DNA of 64,000 nt, taken from Octopus sinensis. Lineage: Eukaryota. A program made the translations under genes and the position numbers. Below, in pieces: positions 1 through 11,996 of the stretch. The stretch is taken from NCBI RefSeq assembly GCF_006345805.1, contig NC_043014.1, positions 50,530,001 through 50,594,000 on the forward strand, given 5' to 3'. The notes beneath the pieces were generated by a model. That model saw only the letters and a list, made by a program, of their open reading frames with translations, did no database searches and had not been told where the DNA came from. Position 1 is the stretch's first letter. Each line of letters begins with the position of its first letter.

Positions 1-192
1 TACTTGTTAAGGACAGTAAAAATAAATTGTCCAATCCAGACTAGTACATTGGTGACTTCTAAGCACATCGGTTCCGCCAGGAGAAAATGATTCAGGCATC
101 TCAGTGGAACCAGGGCAGACGAAACATTTCAGATCTTTAGCTGCACCTCAAAGGGAAGGCATTTTCGTTAAACTCGTGTCCTAATAACTGGC

Positions 193-324
193 CTTGTGTC
201 CCTTTCTGTAGAAGAGCGTAGGCTCGAAATGTAAAAGACTTTTCTTTTCCTAAGCGTTATACTAATACATGTTTGTTTTGTACACCATCTGTCTTCGTCT
301 TTTGTTTTTTTCGTAAACTCTCCC
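193..324 (+). mobile_element. Short interspersed repeat family A (probably Penelope-like-derived) with hammerhead-like motif at 202-237
   Basis: Same sequence recurs at ~1795-1945(-), 2817-2992(-), 60690-60862(+) and partially at ~15143-15222; motif CTTT-CTGTAGA-AGAGCGTAGGCTC-GAAAT-GTA-AAAG. PLE origin is inferred. Confidence 0.6.
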
Positions 325-376
325 TATATATATATATGCCTGTGTGCATACGTATGTGTGTGTATGTGTGTATATA

Positions 377-444
<68 letters not shown>

Positions 445-680
445 TATATATATAAGTATGTATGTATATATGAGCTCCGATGTTTCACTCGCGACAAAAA
501 AATACAGTGTTTTCATTTTATTCTAATGCGCGGAAATATGAATATTTCTTAAGTCTTTGATTTCTTTCTGAAGGTAATAAATATATTCTCGTTTCATCTA
601 TGTACTATCTGTCAAAACGTGACGTATACAATCCACCATACAATACGCCGCCCATATGTATATCAGTACATACACACACA

Positions 681-731
<51 letters not shown>

Positions 732-968
732 TCATATATATTATATACATATATATATATATATGTGTATATATATACATATATATACATATATGTGTAT
801 ACATACATATATATACATATATGTATACACACGCATATATATGTGTGTGTGTGTGTAATTGCTTATATGTATGAATAATCAATATATATAATATTTATGT
901 ATATACAAATATATATATACGAATATATATATATATATTATATATATATATATAATATATATATATAC

Positions 969-1001
<33 letters not shown>

Positions 1002-1536
1002 CTCGTATACACACACATATACACACGTGCGTACGTAGAGCCGGAGGACTTGGTATAAATTAGCATTCATATAAATGCTTATTAATCTATCTTTATAAAT
1101 ATTGACTTGTTTCACTCGGATAATAGAATATTTATTTTCTACTGAGGCAAACTTATGGTCAGTCAGCTCCTGCGTTAATATGATTTATGGCTTTCGTTAT
1201 GCATTATATATTCACGAGGAGGTTTATAAGCTATAATAATGTGTTACATCGTAATCAGATTGAAATAACTCCCTGTCGAATATTTCTGTTACAAATTTGA
1301 ATACTGGACGAGTGTTCGGCGAATAACCCGGCTCCCCCACCCCGCCTGGTTCCCTAGTTAAGCATGATGTTGTGGACATTTTGCGGGTATAGAAGTCAGA
1401 TTTGTCAAAGGGTGGATGACATTGCTTTAGTATCTTGTAATAATATCTTGCACGTTGGCTTCCAAACCGAGCAGCAGATATAACTAGTAAAAATGCCCAT
1501 AAAAACATTTATCTATTTATCTATCTATCTATCTAC

Positions 1537-1626
<90 letters not shown>

Positions 1627-1651
1627 TATATACATACACACACACACACAC

Positions 1652-1683
<32 letters not shown>

Positions 1684-1685
1684 CG

Positions 1686-1719
<34 letters not shown>

Positions 1720-1720
1720 C

Positions 1721-1775
<55 letters not shown>

Positions 1776-1794
1776 ATGTATGTATATATATTGT

Positions 1795-1945
1795 TGAAAT
1801 TTACACACAAACCAAAGACGAAGACAGGTGTATAAATAACAAAGCGATTTATTAGTTTAACGCTTGGGGAGATGAGAAAGTCGTTTACGTTTCGAGTCTA
1901 CGCTCTTCAACAGAAAAGAACACGAGAAAATAAACACAGGGAGAA
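1795..1945 (-). mobile_element. Family A repeat copy
   Basis: Reverse complement reads CTGTTGA-AGAGCGTAGACTC-GAAAC-GTA followed by the family A body; boundaries approximate. Confidence 0.55.
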
Positions 1946-2068
1946 AAAACACTTTTGGAGCTAGGAGCTAATCATGGCTGTTTGCAAGACTCTTTATGTG
2001 ACGTCGTGTGTTGAAGGATATATATATATATATATATAATATATATATATATATTGTTATATATCTGT

Positions 2069-2368
2069 ATGGTCATTTTGCCAGTTTAGCCAATGAAAAC
2101 ACACACACTACATATTTGGTGTTATTTTGCTTCAGTGTTATTTATTTTTTACATTAATCTTAATCTTATTTCGGCCAGAATTCTTTCGTCACACTCTTGT
2201 GACAGCATCAGTGGTCTTTTTTTTTCTTCTTTCTTATTTGTGTCTCTCCTTATTAACCGTCAGCCATTTTGTATTTCTATTGTATGTCTTCATTTCCGCA
2301 TGCTTATATCTCTATGTGCGTCTATGTTTATTTAGTGTATTTTTTGGCTAAACTGGCAAAATGACCAT
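2069..2368 (-). mobile_element. 300-bp element (type C) with 25-bp perfect terminal inverted repeats and an internal hammerhead-like motif
   Basis: ATGGTCATTTTGCCAGTTTAGCCAA at 2069-2093 and its exact reverse complement at 2344-2368; minus-strand motif at 2173-2216. Confidence 0.65.
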
Positions 2369-2437
2369 TCCGAAATATAACAATATCTGTTTCAACACAC
2401 GACTTCACATGAAAAATCTTGCACACAAATATATAAC

Positions 2438-2508
<71 letters not shown>

Positions 2509-2599
2509 TATATGAGTAGAAACTTTACCGGTGAGTGTGTTAAATAATAAGGCACCAAAGAGAATGAATCTCCCCAGACAACACAAAATAATCTTTTAT

Positions 2600-2800
2600 T
2601 CTTTTACTTGTTTCAGTCGTTTGAGTGCGGCCATGCTGGAGCACCACCTTTAGTCGGACAACTCGACTTCAGGAATTATTCTTTGTAAGCCTAGTACTTA
2701 TACCGTCGCGCACTTTTGCCGAACCGCCAGCTAAACGCAACAACAGCGGTGGGAAACAGTGGGAGATGGTAGGAAGAGAAACACAGACACACAAACATAT
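2600..2800 (-). mobile_element. SINE family 1, 3' half, degenerate
   Basis: Matches the reverse complement of the 3' half of 6334-6752 (gcggccatgctggagcacc, ttattctttgtaagcc). Confidence 0.7.
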
Positions 2801-2816
2801 ATATATATATATATAT

Positions 2817-2992
2817 ATAACGAGAAGGTTTACGAAAATAAACAAACGATGAAGGCAGGTGGAGTACAAACAAACAATTGTATTAGTATGGCGCTCAGGA
2901 ATAGAAATAAAACAAGTCTTTTACGTTTCGAGCCTACGCTCTTCAACAGAAAGATACACAGAAAAGATACAAGGAGAGAAACAAGGAGAGAG
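2817..2992 (-). mobile_element. Family A repeat copy
   Basis: Minus-strand CTTT-CTGTTGA-AGAGCGTAGGCTC-GAAAC-GTA-AAAG at 2918-2953 plus family body. Confidence 0.6.
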
Positions 2993-2993
2993 A

Positions 2994-3185
2994 TTGCCCA
3001 CAAGGGGTTAAATATAGAAGGGACAGACAAGGACATACAAAGGGATTAAATTGATTACATCGACTCCAGCGTGTAACTGGTTCTTGTTTAATGGACCCCG
3101 ATAGGATGAAAGGCAAAGTCGACCTCGGTGGAATTTGAACTCAGAACGTTAGTATAGACGAAATAGCGCTAAGCATCTCGCCCGG
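2994..3185 (-). mobile_element. SINE family 2 copy
   Basis: ggatgaaaggcaaagtcgacctcggtggaatttgaactcagaacg matches the reverse complement of 32895-33127. Confidence 0.75.
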
Positions 3186-5390
3186 CTTTGGTCGACCTGA
3201 GGCTATAGTAGAAGACACTTGCCGAAGGTGCCGAGGTGGGATTGAACCTGGAACCATAAGATCCCTATGTTCTGCTGTTCCACTTATAAGTGGAGCCCTT
3301 GTCGGATCACATTTGTGAATAGTGATTCCTAAGGGTTACTCCATACTCCCATACTGATGAACACCCGAACTATCACCGGATACAGTGTAATTATTGATAT
3401 ATTAAATATGATTATGTGAGTTACAGATATTAGATCCAAGCAACAATCGGTGCTTTAACTCAAAAGCACCCATACATATAAAACTTGCGAACGTAATGTT
3501 CAAGATCTTGAGTTTGCAGTTTATGAGTAAAATAAAGAACTGCAGTTCCGTTTTGCAGAGTGTGGGTTACACGTTGCACATCAAACCAAAAAAAATCATT
3601 GCTTTTGCTAAAAATCTCCCGTAGTTACGATCGTAACGCTCAAACTTCTGAACGAGCAGCGTGTAACCAGAAATAAGGAACTGCATTTCTCTATTGCAGA
3701 ATGTGTTGTAACTCATGAGATTTTCAATAAACATGTTATTCATCACCCCAGCAATCGTATCAGTATTCTACAAAGATGCGAGCAATATTTAAGGTTGTAA
3801 TAGCCGAGAGACTCGGTGAAACTTGACACTTAAATTTAAGTCTATAAACTCTGAACTTAATTACTCACATATAATGAAATCCCAACGGGATTTATACTTA
3901 CTCATCCGTCCTTATTCATCTTGTAATATTTAAGCCACAAACACCATTTTATTAATTCACAACTGCCCTTTTCATTACTTCACTTGGAAAATTTAATTAC
4001 GCCAACTTAGTATTAACTATATTAATTATTTATAATTAATAATTCTATTAAGTATTTCAGATCACTGACTCCCATTTGAATTGCTCACTTCCATCAGCAC
4101 TCGATGAAGATTAATGTCTAATGTGTTATTCTTGGGACTGGTGGCAACCGGGAAACTAAACGGAAAAAAAATGTATGGTAAGACCTGGAGAAATATTTCT
4201 CGATGGCCTAGGCAACAGGTTTTAGAACGACCAGCTCGATAATATCCTAAGTTGCGTGAAGCTCAGGAAAGCATTGAGGTTATAGATCGCCAACACCTTT
4301 AGGAATATTGCATGAATAAAGAAAGATTATTAATTTAATACATAGTCACATGGTAACATTTTCTTTGATAGTGAGCAGTGTTATATCGCCCATGTCGAAT
4401 TGTAGTTTAAATTATCGACCAAGCCATGATGAAATGTAAGGTTATCTTTGGCAAATTTTGAACCCGCAATCTAATATGTCGTAGCTAAATACCGTAACGT
4501 TGCATTGGCTTTTGTCAGTCGCCCTAAAGATGTTGATAAATTTATCGCGTCCTTGCCAAGCTTTAATAATACTCCGCGATACACGAACATGAAAGAGAGA
4601 TAGCAAAAGTTATCATTAGCTGAAATCTCAAAGGGTTTTTTCTTTGCTTTAACATTATAATATCAAATTATAACTTGTAATCAAATTCAAATTTAATGTT
4701 GACTAATGAACAGGAAAGAGAATAATTCATACGAAGAAGAAATGAAAAAACAGAAAAAAGAAAATGACCTGTTAATGGTGTTTTCTGTATGAACGGTGAG
4801 CTAATGATACGTGAGCGTATAATGGGGGTACGATTCGAAATGTCATACACACCACGAGGTTGGGTCTCACATGTGTGAGTTGAAAAAAATAAACAAGAAA
4901 GCGTTAGTTAGCTGTGATTATCTATGCAACTTGTAGATAACGCCTTTCTCTAGTGATGCAGAAAATCTCATAAAACAAGAAAAGGAGGAAAATACAATAA
5001 GATCCGCGAGGTTTTTTGGAAAAGTAAAAAAAAAAAACATGAAGGAATGAGTGGAATTCAAATGTTAAGCTTAAGTTTCTGAAGCGCGTCTTTGAAAGAC
5101 GTTACAAAAAAAGGGTTGTTCCTAGGTGGACGATCGACCTGCTCGAAATAGCAGCTAAATCACTCTCGAATTACTACTGCCTTTCAAAATGTAGGACATT
5201 GAACAAATGTGGATCTAGGAGGATTACGCCTCGAAATAAAGTGGGAAGGTCATGGTGAGAATACTATTGATCATAGCTTTGACCGAGACCAGGATTGACT
5301 ATGGATTAACTACAATAACAATAATAAAAACTTATAAAAACAGAAATAACAATAACAACGAACGCAAATACAAAATAAAGTAAAACAAGG

Positions 5391-5926
5391 TATTGGGTTG
5401 TCCAGTAAGTTTGAGCCGATTTATAGCTTACATTTCGACTTTTTTTAGAACATGGCTGAGTCCATAAAATAGGATTTGATTACACTTCTATTTAGAGCAC
5501 GGTTTAAGCTATCTTTTCGTGGAAGAAAGTTATGTTCCTTTAAACTGTTAATTTTGTAACCCTTTAAAATAGAAGATAAGAAAGTTCATTTACGGCACTT
5601 GATGCTTTGGGAACCAGACAAAAATTGCTGCAAGTCGGCTGGGATGTGTTACCCCACCCCCCATATTCACCAGATATTGCTCCTTCGGATTTCCACTTGT
5701 TCAGGTCTCTGCAGAATAGTCTTAATGGTAAAAATTTCAATTCCTTGGATGACGTAAAAAGATACCTTGATGAATTATTTGCCATGAAACCACCTCAATT
5801 CTGGGAAGAGGGTATTTTCAAGTTAAAGGAAAGATGGAGACGTATTGTGCAACAAAATGGTTCATATTTGGTTGATTGAAAATGTAATGGCAAGTATTTA
5901 TTGACCTTTTTCCGGACAACCCAATA
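5391..5926 (+). mobile_element. Internally deleted mariner (DD34D) element
   Basis: TA-flanked TIRs TTGGGTTGTCC / GGACAACCCAA; ORF 5607-5879 encodes the transposase C-terminus with WDVLPHPPYSPDIAPSDFHLF; N-terminal IEDKKVHLRHLMLWE at 5569-5613 in another frame. Confidence 0.9.
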
Positions 5927-6333
5927 TATCGAGCCATTTAATGGTTATTATTGTTGTAGCTTCATCCCAGGCCATCTGTTGATCACGCAGGCGTATGATC
6001 AAAGAAATGCCAGTTGCGGTCATCTAGCCTGTAGTAATTTCATATAAGCCTTAATAAGTTGTGAGGATTCCTCAATCAAATCTCTTGTATTCATCTTGAC
6101 GGGGATTTCATCACACATTCCCCACCTCATCCACCTTAACATTCGTGTTAATGTTCAAAGCTATTTGACCTGGAGGGATACATTGTATTTGATGTGGTTT
6201 GATACGGAGAACTAAAACGACGCTGAAGTGAAACTACACAAGAAAACAATCGGAAAATATCAAAGTGAATAGCATGCTTCATACACAATAAGTAGCAGTT
6301 ATGTCACCAACAAATCCTTTTAAAATACCAACA

Positions 6334-6752
6334 GGCGCAGGAGTGGCTGTGTGGTAAGTAGCTTGCTAACCAACCACATGGTTCCGTTTTCAGTCCCACT
6401 GCGTGGCATCTTGGGCAAGTGTCTTCTGCTATAGCCCCGGGCCGACCAATGCCTTGTGAGTGGATTTGGTAGACGGAAACTGAAAGAAGCCTGTCGTATA
6501 TATGTATGTATATATATATATGTATGTGTGTGTGTTTGTGTGTCTGTGTTTGTCCCCTTAGCATTGCTTGACAACCGATGCTGGTGTGTTTACGTCCCCG
6601 TAACTTAGCGGTTCGGCAAAAGAGACCGATAGAATAAGTACTGGGCTTACAAAGAATAAGTCCCGGGGTCGAGCTGCTCGACTAAAGGCGGTGCCCCAGC
6701 ATGGCCGCAGTCAACTGATTGAAACAAGTAAAAGAGTAAAAGAGTAAAAGAG
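6334..6752 (+). mobile_element. SINE family 1 (tRNA-like head, CORE-like ttgggcaagt, internal TA/TG tract, gtaaaaga tail), full length
   Basis: Near-identical copies at 22279, 42371(-) and 54789; A/B-box-like head tggctgtgtggtaag ... gttcagtccc. Confidence 0.85.
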
Positions 6753-8159
6753 AGTAGAGAGAGTTGCTGCTGCTACTACTGCTAGCTCGACGGCGACGAT
6801 GACAACCACCGATGACGATAACGATGAGAACTTTCATTGACTGAATAGACGTGAAATAGTCTTTCTTATATTCTGATATATATATTTCTTATATTTCTTA
6901 TATGGGAATACATTTATATTTACACAGAACAAGATGCGAAATTCTCACTCCTAACAGACAAATACTGAGCTGTTGTATTTTACAAATATGTGACCATAAA
7001 TAGAGAGTTCGGTTTCAAAGAGAAAGAAAAAATATCGGCCATTTTGAATGCGTTCGAAGCAGGAAAACGTAGAATCGAAGCAATTATATTTCGGCCGCCA
7101 TGTTTTAACATTATGAATGGTTAGATAGAACTATCTTGATTTTGCTATAAAAATTCGAATGGATTAGATACATGACGAAAAAAATATATCAATAAATAAT
7201 TGATAAAAAAAAAAATATCACTGATACAATCAATCACATTGCCAATCTATAAACACATGAAAATACTTATAAATGCGTGAGTTCGTGTGTATAAGTATAT
7301 ATCTCAAGAGTAATATATATATATATATATATTGCTTTTTTTTTCAAATTCCATTCATAACGTCACATATACATTTCTCTTAGCTTACAAATACACATAC
7401 ACATAAATTTATACATTGAAATACTATTGATATCACACATAGATACATGACATATACATATATTTCAAAGAGATCACACTCTAATATATGACATATACAA
7501 ACATTTGAAAGCAAAAAAAAACGTTTTATATATCTATACATAGATATCACATAGATATCGCATATAGATATAATGGTATAAATATATTTTACAAAGAGAA
7601 GGCTACATTTTTAAACACATCTAGAGACGCATGCGTACTAGACAGATATGAATGCATGTCAATATATACGTTTGTACCAAAGGAATGTGCTTATAAGGCT
7701 TTGCAATATAAAATGCAACATTGCTGCAATAATTATATCAATCTGCCGTATCACATTCGAAATCACTAGCTTTCTTTTGAAGATTATATGCATGTATGTC
7801 TGTATGTATGCATGCTTGTATGCATTTATAAATATATATATATATATGTATGTGAGTGTGTTTGTGTGTGTGTGCGTGTGTATGCAAATATATATGTTTT
7901 ATTTGTTAACGCATGTATAAATATCATATGAATGCATAACTGTGTGTTATCATTCAGTAATTCCTAATTATAAAGTTAGATATCACACAGAATGAAAGGA
8001 AAACATGCTAATATCTAAGTTAATGTATGAAAGGGTATTTATATTCATGTATAGTGTGTATAACATGTATTTGTCTGACATATGTATACTTATGCGTGTC
8101 ACACTCTCTCACGCTCTGTCCCTCTCTCTGACTCCCTCTGTTTTCTCTCTCTCCCTGTT

Positions 8160-8586
<427 letters not shown>

Positions 8587-9095
8587 GTGTGTGTATGTAT
8601 GTATATATATATATACATACGTATGTATGTATGTATGTACGAATGTATGTATGAATATTGCATTGTGCTTGGATGTCTTTAATTCCTCAATGTGTAGTTG
8701 ATATTGGAAATATTAAATCTACAAGCTTTCTGAGTTGAATGAGATATCATTGATAATAAATATATATACATATTTATAACGATATCTCCCATATGCAATC
8801 TATACTTACAGATAAATTCGTTGAAGTTAGGCGTCACAGGGAACTCAATGGTAATCGTATGGCATTGCAGGTTCATACGTACATTCATGCATATATGTGT
8901 GTGTGTGTATGTATGAGTGTGCATGCGTGTGTATAAATACGTGCATATATAGGCACATACATGTATACATGCTTACACGCATGCATTTATACACATACAT
9001 GCGTGTATATCTATCTTTCTGTCTATCTGTCTATCTATCTATCTATATATATATCTATATATATATATTATATATATATATATATACATATCTAT

Positions 9096-9147
<52 letters not shown>

Positions 9148-9229
9148 ATATACATATGTACATAAAGTGTGGCTGAAAAAATCCATATTCCTTTTACAAA
9201 TTTATTGAGACAAATGATCCATGTTCTTC

Positions 9230-9871
9230 AAAAATGGGGAAATGAATGTGAATCTTTATATAAAGCACCGGTGGCGTCAAAGAGTTTCCTTGAACGTCCA
9301 GGGATGGAATGAACAATGTCCTCACGGACGTCGTATGGGATATTGTTCAGAACCTCCTGGAACCGTGCCTGCAAGTCCTCCCGTGTGTGATGTTTTATCT
9401 CGTTCACCTTCTCTTTTGTGTAATCCCACAGGTAAAAATCTCACGGAGCGAGATCTGTGTATCTCGATTCTCGCAGTTATAATCTTTAGGTTTTCGCTCC
9501 TGCACATAACGGGGTTTCTACGTACGAAATTTCAATTCTTTATGCAACACCATACGTATTGTGTGTCTTGTTAGTCCACTTTCACGAGCTGTTTGACGTG
9601 TTGATTTTTGCGGGCTGCGATTAAACATTTCGTACACTGTTGCCACGTTCTCCGCTGATCGGGATGTGGTTGGGCAGCCACTTCTTCTCGCATCGTTCAC
9701 AGAGCCTGTGGTTATCAGCTTTGCATGACAACTTTTTATTGTTTCCAGAAGTATTGTTGCATGTTTATCTTCCCACGCACGCCACAAAGTCTGAACCGAA
9801 TCAATTAAATTCCACACCTCATTGCGTGCTGTTACCTTACCTCGCTCCAGAACAGTGAAGCGACCGGCCAT
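9230..9871 (-). pseudogene. IS630-Tc1-mariner transposase remnant (rosa/maT-like), internally deleted
   Basis: N-terminal MAGRFT...TGSVNDARRSGCPTTSRSAENV...SPQKSTRQTARESG (HTH region), then C-terminal DLAP*DFYLWDYTKEKV; most of the catalytic core is missing. Confidence 0.8.
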
Positions 9872-11820
9872 CTGGAAAATAAGAAGTAAGAAATAAAACA
9901 ATAAGAAAAAAATCCCCCGTTAGTGTTGTCTCTTTAAAAATATGTTCCACCTACCCTATATATATATATGTGTGTGTTTGTGTGTGTGTGTTTGTGTGTG
10001 TGTGTTTGTGTGTGTGTGTTTGTGTGTGTGTTTGTGGGTGTGTGTGAGATTATAGGTAGAGGCGTGGCTGTGTGGGAATAAGCTTGATCTCCGACCACAT
10101 GGTTTCGGGTTTAGACGAAGAAAAACAACAGTTTAACAAATCACAGCAAACAAAAATATCTTCTGGGCATTCAGGTACTCCAAGCCCTATGGTACTTCGA
10201 TTAGAACTTGGACTGCTCCACTTGAAATACAGCTTTCCAGTTATTGGTAAGCGTAGTTGTAAAAATACACACTCTATACAAACGGCGAACAACATTTGGT
10301 GGCAAGATACCTCACCAAAATATACTTCTCATAATGAGAAAAAAATTTCATTTCATGTGAACACTTGAAATACAGCTTTCTAACAAATGGCAAATGTTAT
10401 TGTAAGAACATACGCTATTAAAAAAAGTGAACAACTTTTAGTTGAAGGATGCGCCCCCAAACTGTACTTATCTCAATGAGAAAAAAGATTTTTTTACTTA
10501 ATGTGAACAATATTGCTGAACCGCAAGCAGACCAGCATCGTGAATCCAGTGAGAACTCCTTGTTTGTAAAAAAATACAAACACAGACAACTACCTCCACT
10601 GGAGCCAAGAGACAAAAGTTAGTGCTAATTCCAATATGGTCCCCAAATTTTATACATGCATCTGGTCCTTCAGTCACTTTAGACACGAACTGTATAATAG
10701 AATCATACTACACATGTACATTTTATAACGAAAATAATGTGCTTAGTGAAAATTTCATTTCCCTATCCTTTCATTTCCTCTGAATATTTGCAATTCAAAC
10801 TACGAAATTTTAATAATTTATTAATTAACTTTTCCTTTTTGAATAATCTTTTTTTTCCTCGTGAATATTTTAATTATTACGTATTTGTAGTCTCTTTTAT
10901 TCTCGAGAGTTTTTGTGCTGTTTTCCATTTTTCGCGTAGGATAATTGGTCCCCAAAGTCCTCTCTGTGCGAGACCCTTTCATCTACAAAGCAGCAAAAGT
11001 CATAACCATATCCGTGAACATTGGTCCAGTGAACAATGTTCGAATTCAATGACCTCACTTTTCAACACTAATTAAGGTAATGTAATATTGTTGTTTCTTC
11101 TTCTTCTTCTTCTTCTTCTTCTTCTTCTTTTCTTCTTCTTCTTTTCTTCTTCTTCTTCTTCTTCTTCTTCTCTCTCTCTCTCTTCTTCTTCTCCACTTCC
11201 TTCTCCTCTTTTGCCCTCCCCCTCTTCCTCCTCGTCCTTGTCCTCCCCTCTCTATCCTCCTTCTTCTCCTTCTCCTCTCGTTGTCCTCCTTGTCCTCCCC
11301 TCCCTGTTCTCCTTGTCCTCCTCCTTCTTCTTTCCTACTTCTCTTCTTCTTCTTCTTCTTCTTCTTCTTCTTCTCATTATTATTATTTTACGATGGCTTT
11401 GTTTTAAACAGAGTGTTCTAGGCCTCAACAAGAGACCTGAAGCAAGTGCAAATTGCGCGTTTGACTATCGGGGTGCAACTTTTGATTAGCAACGATATAT
11501 TGTAGGGAAACGAGACCCCATTCTGAAATTTGTAATATTTAAATGTTGAAAATGTTTTAAGAGATGCAACTAACTTCCGGTTCCTATCGTGCTTTTTTCT
11601 CTTTTTCTCTTTTTCCCTTTTCTATGATGTGGGCAGGACACGTGGAAGCAAGTTGCTTAATTCTTTTTCGTAGTTCCGATAATTTTAGCTTTCCTGATAT
11701 TTCTTCGTTTCTTTTTCCTCACTTCATTGCAGCCCTCCTCCTCCCCCTCCCCATCCTCCTCCTCATCATCAATATCACCCTCATCCTCCTGTCTGCATTT
11801 GTCCAACCCCCAACATCGCA

Positions 11821-11996
11821 CATCGCTTGACAATCCATGCTGGTGTGTTTACGTCCCCGTAACTTAGCGGTTCGGCAAAAGAGACCGATAGAATAAGTAC
11901 TAGGCTTACAAAGAATAAGTCTTGGTGTCGATTTGCTCGACTAAAAGGCGGTGCTCCAGCATGGCCACAGTCAAATGACTGAATCAAGTAAAAGAG
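11821..11996 (+). mobile_element. SINE family 1, 3' half only
   Basis: gctggtgtgtttacgtccccgtaacttagcggttcggcaaaagagaccgatag is identical to the 3' half of 6334-6752. Confidence 0.8.

Noticed and set aside
365-460. Recurrent single TT/AA phase shifts inside most (TA)n tracts
   Set aside because: Cannot be distinguished from sequencing or consensus errors without reads.
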